DNA of 64,000 nt from Balanoglossus misakiensis (lineage: Eukaryota; Animalia; Hemichordata), in the NCBI GenBank assembly GCA_040954595.2, contig CM082578.2:8665519-8729518 (forward strand). Reading direction: 5' to 3'. Positions 53,691 through 64,000 of this stretch are shown here, in pieces; position 1 is the first letter of the stretch; each line of letters begins with the position of its first letter. The notes below the pieces were generated by a model. It was given only the letters and a program-made list of their open reading frames with translations. It did not search any database and had not been told where the DNA came from. Position numbers and translations under genes: made by a program.

Positions 53691-54925
53691 TGCCTGTGTA
53701 ATTAAGAATTGAACTTGAGTTAGAACTCGTCTTAAAAGTGGGGGGGGGGGGGGGGCGCAGAGGCATGTCTCCAGTCATGCACCGTCAAGTCATGTTATCT
53801 AGATTTAATCACGGTTGTACAGTATTACAGGCTATGCATATGGAGGCCAACTTCCAAGGAATCTGTCACAAGGATGTGTTTGCATCCCGGGGTGCATCCA
53901 TATCAAACTTTGACAGTTAATTTTCACGTGTATATATCATATTAAGTTTTGAATCAAACCCCCTACTTTTTTCTTTCTAATGTACCATAAATACATGCTC
54001 TTTTCTGTAAACCTTTCAGGAATGTGTTCTTTAAAGGTATCCAGGAGAAAGAGGGAGAGAGAGAGAACTGCTAAGCAATTAATAATTGTTTGAGTGTTAA
54101 TTTCGTTTCACACAACCACTTCACTAAACTCAGGATTTCACCCCAATAATTAACATACTGATGAGTGCGCTTAGATGAACATATGGGTCGAAAAGACAGA
54201 AGACTTGTCAAATTGCTTTAGTCAGTAAGTAAAAACAGTTGTTTTTTTAGGAACATGAGCTGTAATATGTCTATTTTATGCGTTTTGTGTGACTGTCTAT
54301 CAAATTCAGTTTCTTGTTCTGTTTTAAATACCAATAGTACTGTGACCACATCATTTGAAAACTGTCACCATTTTATTTTATAATACAACAGTAAAGTATT
54401 CAAATTTCAATAATGATCAATTATTACAATAAAGTGTGCATTGTTTTCTCTCTTGATATAAAAGTCGCTAGTTCGTTCAGCCCGGAATAAATATCTTTTC
54501 TTTCGACTGCAGAGGGCGCTGTCACGGAAATTCGATGGTTGGCCTTCATAGTTGCCACTGATAGGACTCTTCATACCCAAGCCCAAAATATGTCAAAGTG
54601 ACCTAGCATCTAAATGATAACCAGACTACAGTGTGCATGTTTTGTGTCACTTCCACAAGAAAGTTTTTTCTTTGAGCTCTATGTTTAAGTAAACCACATG
54701 AATGATGATATTCAGGGCACTCACTCAATTAAAAAAAAGTTTACCTTAATTTCCTTAATATGAATTAAAGGATCAAAGTAGTTATCGCATTGTACAGTGA
54801 ACTTGAACAAATCAGTAGGAAGCTATCACTATGACTGAAAGTCTTGTTAATGCTAAGATCACAACATTCACCCATTGTCTTCATTCTAGCTGAAAATGCT
54901 TTATTTTTAACTACAGAATACAGAA

Positions 54926-57900
54926 ATGAAGTATCTTTGTCACTCAAGCCACAGATTCAGTAAAGGTGTGAATTACCTCCTGAGGTCACGAGTGAGATTT
55001 GCAAGATTGTTTTCCAGCTCTTCATGTGGTAAAGATCAAGATGCAGCTGAAGAGTTCGGTATGTCTTTGAAATTACGCCAGCACTTATACCTTGCCAGTG
55101 AGTCAAGTATAATGTAATAGCTCCCATATTTACTTTTCACATGTAAATTAATGTCTGACATTTTGATATTTTTTAAATTTCAAAAACTGAGCCTACATTC
55201 TCTTGGTGCGGTAATTTTTCAGACACTTATCGAGCTCCTGCTGTCCGCGTACCAACTGTTGAACGATTGATGGAAATAGCCAAAAAGTTCAACTTGAATG
55301 CCACAACAGATGAGTTAGAGCAATACAGAGGTAAGTTGAAACTTTTATTATTTCAGGCTTGCGAGATCTGTTCCATAACCAATGGCACAAGGACAGTGTG
55401 TGATGACGTGTGTACCACATTGTCCTCTGCCTTCTTATTTGTTTGTTTGTTTATTTGTTTGTTTGTTTGTTCATTAGTTTGAAAGATTTGTTTATATGGA
55501 AAAAGAAAAGAGCTGGGTTTATGTTTATGTTTGTCAATAAACAGCTGCGTTGTTTGCTTATAAGTATGCTATAGTAGTCAACAAATAATATTTACTAAAG
55601 TTTCTGATAAAGTCCCACACATACATCATGCATCCCAATTGTAATATGGTAAAAGACGAGTGATTTCAGTTCTTAATGTTGCAGTACTTATTTAAATGGA
55701 ATAGCTGTGGTCATAATTATAAATGTTCAAAGAAGATTTTTTCCCCTTTTTTTTTAAAAGAACATATAACACGTGTATGCAAGTCATTTGACATTGTGGA
55801 TAGTTTACCAGAGCCATTACTTCTAGTGAAGTATCCGAGAACACCTGGTTACAGACCACGCCCTGAAGAGAACCCACTGAATGCTTGGTAAGATTTTACT
55901 CAATTTTCTTGACAAAATGAACTGTGTTGTTTACTCTAAACGACAAGCAGGGAAGTGACAAGTGGGCATACATTGTGGAACTCTTGCTTAAGAAAATGAA
56001 CATTTCAAACATAAATTCCAGCGAGTTTTATTTCTCGTACGCTAGCTGTCATTCCATTTTTATTTAGGTACTGGCGTTGTGACATCAAGGGTGCAGACAC
56101 AGGCAAGCTAGCTGGCAAGACGTTTGCCATCAAAGACAACGTTCCGGTGGCTGGGGTTCCTATGATGAATGGAAGTTACATCTTGGAAGGATATGTACCA
56201 GAATTTGATGCAACAATTATTACTAGGATTCTGGATGAAGGTAGAGTTGGTTGAGAGCCCCATTAATGGCTGCAACTTTTGAAATACTTCAATCTGCTCC
56301 TTATTCCATCAACCGCATTAAAGGAAGTTCATATACACATGGAACTCACTTTATGAAATTGTATATCGTTCATTTGGGTCCACATGTTGTCTTTGACACG
56401 AAATACGTCTTTGAAAAAACAGAGTATACAGGTACATTAAATTTTGTAAATGTGCAAAACTACTTTTCTTACCAGGTGGCCGAATCCTTGGCAAATCCAA
56501 TGTAGAAGACTTGTGTTTGTCTGGGAACAGCTTCACCTCAGCCAAAGGAGCAATCAGAAATCCACACAAGAAAGATCACACTTCTGGTGGCTCTAGTAGC
56601 GGGAGTGGCGCTCTGGTAAGAAATGCAGGGGAACCAAAGGAACTGTAAAACAAACTTCACTGGTTCATATTTGGCATGCCTCACTTACTGTACTGATAGT
56701 ATCAGGCATTCAACTTGCGTTGGATGTGGATACATCTGAGCATTAGTAATAACACAATTATACACACAAAACAATTGAGTTTGTTGTGTGGCTGCATGAG
56801 TTAGTACATGTACATTCTCCCAAACTGTATACGTCATCCAGGTCAAACGCGCTATTGGTTTTATTCCTACAGGTTGCCAGTGGTGCTGTGGACATGGCTA
56901 TTGGTGGTGACCAAGGCGGTTCTATACGTCTGCCTTCATCTTGGTGCGGAGTGGTTGGTTTGAAGCCAACGTTTGGCTTGGTACCGTACACTGGAATCTG
57001 TCCTATGGAGGTCACCTTTGACCACGTAGGACCTATCACAAAGAATGTGTTTGATGCAGCAATTTTGTTAGAGGTATGACGTTTTAAAATTTATAGTTGA
57101 GGTGTATCAAGAACCACTGATGCTGAAATTGTAGTATTAGCTTTTCAAATCATAGTTACATTAATTAAAAGTGTACAATGTATATGTGTGTGTGCATGCA
57201 TGCAGGGGTGGGGCAGGTTCTCATGGATTGGCCTGCAGTCCTTTGGTCTTGCATACGTACAGTCTCACAAGATTTCCTCAAATGTTTTATTCTTACTATA
57301 ACATTGGTTGTCATTCTTTATACATGTACATGTAGGTGATTGCTGGCTATGACGATGGTCTAGACCCACGACAACCAGTTAATATTGAGGTCCCTGAATA
57401 CTCAAGACAGGTAATGTTTCATGATGTGTAGAAAATGATGCACTCCACTATGCCGCTGATTGTTTTTTCCTGTGTGCTGACTGTCCAGAAAAATGTTTAC
57501 AAGATACCCCTATTTTTGTTTTTTATACTTATAATTTTGTATTTGTTTTAGTTGGCAACCAGGTTACCAGGAATACGTATTGGTATACTGAAAGAAGGCT
57601 TCGGTCAACCTCAGTCCGAGGCGGACGTGGATACCATGGTCAAGAAGGCAGCATTTCAGATGATAGTCCTTGGGGCCCAAGTGAAGGAGGTCTCTGTCCC
57701 GGCTCATACACTGGGTAAGAATGCAGAGAGTCCAGTTTAATTGTTGGGTCCCCTGTGGATGTCAGAACGTTGTGGCTAATTGTCTTAATCTGACAGCTCT
57801 GTTTGGAGCTTCATTTGGGGTACATGTATGTGTTATACACAGACATGGTGCTCAGTCAAAGAAACGTGAACTGGTATGTGGAGCCAGATATTATCTCGAT

Positions 57901-59436
57901 CATCCTGTCAATAAACTGGTGTGAAGGTTGGATAGGTCTTTAGTGTAGATTTTGCAGCGGTATCCTACATCAGTCTTTCTGCTGCTGCTGCCAGGGATTT
58001 GGGGACACCTCTGGGTAATACCCCATGGTGAGACTGTGATGAAGTATCATGTATTTACACGAGTGCTCGCTGGCAGACTGTATTTTGTGGTCGCACTCGC
58101 TATAATCACTCATCAGGTATGAGGGCAGCAATGAATGCACAGCCAGTATGAGAAAACATGTAGCGAATATCTCTACAGCTGATTTTATTCTTGAAATTTT
58201 CACATTTTTCAGCTTCCCACCTGTACACAACATTGGGATTTGAAGGCACAGCTGATATGATGATCAAAGGATGTGGTAAGGGCTCCAAAATTTATATAGA
58301 AGAATTATTCTATCTGATTGTAGAATGCCCCCTAAAGTTGTGGGTAAAGAACTCTGCATAGACAGTATGGCAGTTTTATTGTATTGTAGACAGCAGACAT
58401 ATATCATTGGACCATGACTTCCTGGAATGTTTTTTGTATTGTTTTATCCAGTGAGGACTGTGTCATTGATAATGACTTTTATCCATGACAGGTGCTGGTT
58501 CACAGTATAAAGGTTTTTATCCTTCCAGTATGGTCAATGCCTTACACAGGGGTTATCGGACCAGAATCAATGACATGTCACATATTTTGAAGGTATGATT
58601 TGCAAATCTAGAACTTTACTACATAAACTTGGGGATTACAGCTTAAAAGCCAGCATTTGTTGACATGGGCATTTCTTTAGATATAAACTAAGACCTTTTG
58701 TCTGTGTACATAACTGTTTACTGTGAAACAAAACTATAACAACAAGTCAACTATGCATGGCATATTGCCCTGGCCCTTTAAATAAAGGGCAGTAATTCAA
58801 GTCCTTGTTTTCACATTAGTTCTTGTTGACACTGAATGAAATATGTCTTGTTTACACACAGGTTCTCTTGCTGTTTGGCGATTATCTGAAAGAAGAATAT
58901 GGTGGCACATTTTATGCTAAAACTCAAAACATACGCATGGATGTCACGAAAGCCTTTGACAAGACTTTCGAAGACTTCGATGTTTTGGCGATGCCCACAA
59001 TTCCCTTCAAAGCACCGCAATTACCAGAGCCAGGACTCAGTATTGCAGGTAAACAACTGAATGTGTCAGCTCTCCTTCTCGTAGCCTAATCGGGGACTTT
59101 TCCTCCACCGTGATAATTTCATAAGGCACTGGGTAAGAATGCAATATTCTGTGGTACACTTATGTACAGAAACTGATGATGCTTTAAAACATGATAACGA
59201 TAGATAATGACTTTTATCTACTTTGTATGACAGATACTTTTGCACAAGGGGTGGGTATGATCAGCAACACTGCCCCATACAACTTGACCGGGCACCCGGC
59301 CATCACAGTTAACACTGGATTCTCTGACGGATTACCAGTCGGAATGATGATGGTGGGAAGAAAGTTTGATGAGTCTACTCTGCTGAAAGTGGCTTATGCC
59401 TACGAAAAGCTGCGAGATAAAATAGAGTGTTCTTGA
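54926..59436 (+). CDS. Amidase-signature family enzyme, 12 exons, ~557 aa
   Basis: Exons 54926-55058, 55223-55330, 55761-55887, 56068-56240, 56476-56615, 56873-57073, 57336-57410, 57552-57714, 58213-58275, 58492-58592, 58862-59048 and 59234-59436 join in frame. Catalytic motifs [35 protein letters not shown]; C-terminal NLTGHPA and GLPVGMM. Confidence 0.93.
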
Positions 59437-60173
59437 AAGGGAAGTTCAGCCTGGCTGATTTTTAACATGTGCTATCTTTGCGTTTATATTCAGGAAAAGC
59501 CATTTTTGGGCATTTATAACTTGTGCGATTTTTTTACAAAAATTGACAAAAATAATGCAGAAGTTGCATTGTAGGGCTTCATCAACTTACTGTATTTTGA
59601 ATCATGTGGGAAAAAGTACCTGTATCAGTTGATGCTTCCGTCATCTGTTATGGCAGGGACCATTTTCTGGTCAGTATAGCATTAATATTGTTAACTCTGT
59701 TCATGACAGGCTGCGCATATAAACCACGTGTGACCATAGTAATCAATACTCATTCCATGTACAGGATAGGAATGTGTTAAAGCTGTGTTTGGTCAAATAA
59801 AGTGTTCCCATAATTCCCCTGAAGTGAGCCAGAACATTTCGTAGTGTGTTGAAAATGAAGTCGTAATGTATTAAACATTTTAGCATGTTTCAAAGAATGG
59901 ATCAAGAAAATGCACTGGTGATGGTTGTAAATAGACCAAATAAAAATATTATTTGAACCCTGAAAACTAAAACTGATTTCATATACTGGCTATATCGCCT
60001 AATAAGAGTGTGGATAAGTGAAAGTCAGACAGACATATTGTCCACAAAAGTGATTAATATTTACTGAAAAAAAATTCTGTACAGCGTCTAGATTCCTGAT
60101 ATAAATACAAATAGGAATCGATTCCATTGTCCCTGCTGTATTCAGAATGGTTGTGGTGAAGTGGTATGGCATT

Positions 60174-62000
60174 TTAGAAGATCGGAATTCTGCCTATGAC
60201 ATAGAAGACAGGAGCAACAATCCCTGTCAGTGTCAGAAGAACTTTCTTCACACGAACAGCTACTTCATATTCACTCTCCACACGGTGGTTTTCTGTGGAG
60301 AAATAAAGGAATATCATTGATCAGATACTGTAAAAGTAAATATGTGAAAAATATCAAAACTTGCTAAAATATCTCACACAAATCTTTCTGAAAGATAACT
60401 TTAATACGTACCCAAGTCAGTGAGTTTGATGGCGAGAGAATTGGTGATCGCAGTCACAGACAGTTGTAGAATCAAGTAGACGCTGTTAGAATATACAACA
60501 CTGCCAACTGTATTCTCGTTCACGTCAATGTTAAAGAAGTTTTCGTACAGTCGTACATTCGCAAGGAAAACCATTGCCGTAGTTATCTGCATTGGAGACA
60601 GGAGAAAGTAGAGAGATTAGACCTGGAGTTGAAGATCTGCAATTCTTATATGTTATGTCACTGTTCGAAGACAATAAAGCATGAATTCCAGAAGACAGGA
60701 ATATGAATTTCTTTGCAATACACGAAACAACCAAATATGGGTGCTAATGGACTTAAAGGCCCAACTCACATTCCTCGGATTGACCATGAAAGATCAATTG
60801 CGACTGAGAAAGTTACGTTTATTTTTACACCGTCGCGTGTGCAAAGTTTATACTCACCATCATAGCAACAAATGCCACAGCGCCATAGATTGGAGTGAAG
60901 AAGACATCTGACCAGGTGATCTTATTCGCCAGACGGGTGACAACTTTGTCATCCACGGTCACACCATTATTGGTCTTGAAAGGGTCAATAATTGTCGTCA
61001 TGATGACGAGGATCACATGCGACGTCAGTCGAGTTAGGTCATTCACGGTAGCATCGAGTGCCACAGGAGTCATGTCCGCTGGAAAAAGCAATCTGTCAAA
61101 TTGAAATATTAGTGTAAGATTGCGTATCGCATATGTATACAGATGAGGCTTTATAAGACGAAAGAACAGAAGGAACACATGCGAAGCAAAAGAACAGAGA
61201 GACTACAAAAAAGAACACATAATATTAATACCTGGGAATCAGAATCCTGCCGATGACGTAGAACACTGGAGCAACAATTCCTAGCAGGGTCAGAAGGACT
61301 TTCTTTACACGAACAGATACTTCATATGCACTCTCCACTCGGTGGTTTTCTGTAGGGAAAAGCAAATTTCGTCAGATAATGTAAAAGAAATATCGGACAA
61401 AATTTATTGGAAGTAAAGCCAATACCGTCAGCGCTCTTGCTTAAAGAGAAGTTTATCATACGTACCCAAGTCAGTGAGTTTGATGGCGAGAGAATTGGTG
61501 ATCGCAGTCAAAGACAGTTGTAGAATCAAATAGACGCTGGCAGAATATACGACGTCGCCAAATGGATTCTCGTTTATGTCGATGTTGAAGAAATCTTCGT
61601 ACAGTCGTACATACACAAGGAACAGCAATGCCATAGTCATCTGTATTGGGGACAGAAGAACGTCAAGAGGTTAGATGTGAATATGATAATTCTGTTCATA
61701 GAAAATCAGGCGTGAATTCGTGAATTTTCACCAAGAAAGACAGGGAATCATACATTTCTTTGCAATAAAACGAAACATTCAAACAGTGGTGATAATAGAC
61801 AAATGGTCCAAACTCACTTTCCTCGGATTAACATAAAAGACCAATTGCGACAGAGAAAGTTACGTTTACTTATACACCGTCGCGTATGCAAAGTTACTCA
61901 CCATCATAGCAACAAGTGCCATAGTACCATAGACGGGAGTGAAGAAGACATCTGACCAGGTGGTCTGATTCGCCAGACGGGTGACAACTTTGTCATTCTT
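60174..62000 (-). repeat. ~1.05-kb genomic tandem duplication (three exons plus introns)
   Basis: ~60174-60955 versus ~61232-62000: middle exon is 175 nt in both copies and intron sequence is still alignable (e.g. TTCCTCGGATT...CAATTGCGAC.GAGAAAGTTACGTTT). Confidence 0.9.
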
Positions 62001-63241
62001 GGTCATGCGACCATCTTCCTCCGGTACGTCGACGTCAAATCCACGATCCAACGGCTGGTTGCAAGCCTGGGTGTTGGCAAATCTGATCACTTCAATACGA
62101 TGAATTGATGCTTGCCGTGGGCCATACTGGTAGACTTCTGGTTTCTCTAGGTAGGGACAGGACATCGATTTCCGAAGGAGCAGCTTGGGTCTGGTGACCT
62201 GACCCACCGTCTCCAGGAGACCGCTGTCGGCAGCAGACAACTCGATGGTCGGAATCTTGTCTCCAGTTTCCAGGTCGTTCAAAGACACGGCTTTGTCTTG
62301 GTCTCCGGTTGGACGCATTTCGATTTGCATGAGTGCGTTGGAAATGGTAGAGGATTCGGCCAGATTCATCATCATCAATTCCAGTGGAGTCGTCTCTTCG
62401 GTCAGAAGATCGTACAGAACATCGCCAGTTGGTAGTTGCAGCTTGGAAATTGCCGAGGATTCGACAAGATTTTCCATCATCGTCACCAGTGGAGTTTTCG
62501 CTTCAAACAGGTCGTCCAAAGCATCGGCGAACAGAGGCTGGGATTTCTTGTCGCCTTTGCGTCTACCATTCTTCCCAACCAATGGCAGACGGCGCGGATC
62601 GACGCTGGACTCTAAGACATTCAAGACATCAATCCCCTCGAAAGAATCAATCTTCTGCTTCTTGGAGTGCCTGGACTTGGAGTGCCTGGACTTCGATTTC
62701 TTACTGGCGTCTGCTGAAATCGAATATAACAATGTTGAAATACATGTTGGTAGCGATCATGAATTTGCAGAATATAATGATTATTGCTTTCTTGATTTTG
62801 TTTGAAAAATCATATTGACACCGGATGAAAATCTGCGTTCAACGGAACGGTGAAAGATGCTCGATATTTTCAGTTTTATTTCCACGCGTACTTCCCATCT
62901 TTCCGTCAAGAGAAATTAATATGAAGCTTAAGTGATGGTCATTTAGTCTAGCGTCTAGAGATCATGATCAAACCCCATATGATAACACACAAATCGAGGA
63001 GTCTACTTCAAGGTGTACACACGCAATAGGGCCTATACTATATGCTACAAAGTGACACGCTGTTCGTACACTACGAAAATCTCAAAATACGCAAAGTTTT
63101 ACACTTACCACGTCGTTTTGGCCAAGTCCACCGGTTGCTTCGAAAGAATACTACAGTCAAATAAGTCATCGTGGTAAAGAAAGTCATGCCCGGCGGTAAA
63201 TCCGCGAAATGCACGAGAGATAACACGAACGGGTCTTCCAT
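60174..63241 (-). CDS. Uncharacterised multi-pass membrane protein (~588 aa) with two tandem anoctamin-like TM3-TM5 modules
   Basis: Exons 63241-63109 (gccATGG), 62713-61902, 61640-61466, 61349-61232, 61092-60858, 60586-60412 and 60292-60174 join in frame (phases 1,0,1,2,0,1). Each module contains LAIKLTDL|ENHRVES[A/E]YE...K.VLL.....PVFYV. Confidence 0.7.
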
Positions 63242-64000
63242 GGCTGATCGCTCGATGGAAAGTGAGTTGTTTTGTTGACTGGGTTACCATCGAGATGTTC
63301 GAAATTCGGGAAGAGGCACGCTGCACGCACAAAGTTGCCATCGAGACGTTCGCGAACCCGACGCGCACACTTGGCGCGCGCGTTTTTTAGGCGTCTGGAA
63401 CTTTAGTTTTGCCCCTTGACAACATGCTTAGAATGTACAAAGTCACATTATTATGATGATTGGTGATATTAACAGTTTTGGGTGATGGGGTGGAGAGGTA
63501 TTTAAATAAATGTAATAATATTGTCTTTTCAAGTATAACTGGTCAAAATGTTGTTGTATTTGTCAGATAATTACTCGGGTAAATAAAGACAAAAGGGACG
63601 GAGCATCAGCGCAATGTAACATATGCCCCCAAACCAACTAGTCATACCACAATAAAATATGCCACAAAGGTTGACATTCTAGTGAGATAACAGAACTGTA
63701 TATGACCTGACCTGACCTTGGACACATATTAGCTTACAGCTGGTTGCTAACATGCATTGAGTGTGATAGACCTTGTTCATCGCGCATTTTCCACGATTCT
63801 ACAAAAATGAGTGAAGCTGAAAAGCCTGAGGTAACTCGGCAGACGTCCCCAAGTACATCGTCTGGTACTGAAACATCAACTGGCATAAAAGAGGCCGGAA
63901 TGTCTACCAGGTCTCCAGGTATTGCGGGTATTGATGAACTTCCGGTGTTTGAAGTAGGTTGCCGGTGCACTAGCTGTGGTACGCAGCTGTACCGTTGGGG

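Noticed and set aside
55041-55058. ATG at 55041 as amidase start
   Set aside because: Gives phase 0 at the donor, whereas exon 2 requires phase 1.
63734-64000. Open frame running off the window end on the minus strand
   Set aside because: Could be the last exon of a neighbouring gene, but has no recognisable motif, and the strong donor at 63737 is out of phase with the downstream gene.

Overview
Eukaryotic (invertebrate animal, probably deuterostome; inference) genomic DNA with four intron-containing genes, three of which I spliced exon by exon with consistent phases. (1) 2248-9658 (+): a ~1076-aa type II membrane protein with an acidic repeat stalk, an O-fucosyltransferase-like domain and a basic Gly/Pro/Gln/Trp tail. 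(2) 50908-12550 (-): HUWE1 HECT E3 ligase from start to stop, with recognisable UBA, UIM, WWE, BH3, UBM and HECT motifs; not every internal exon was delimited. (3) 54926-59436 (+): an amidase-signature enzyme with a mitochondrial-type presequence, head-to-head with HUWE1. (4) 63241-60174 (-): a ~588-aa membrane protein containing two tandem copies of an anoctamin-like TM3-TM5 module. HUWE1 introns carry three paralogous H/ACA snoRNA candidates, two C/D-type candidates and several MITE families. All homology calls come from motif recall; no searches were run.
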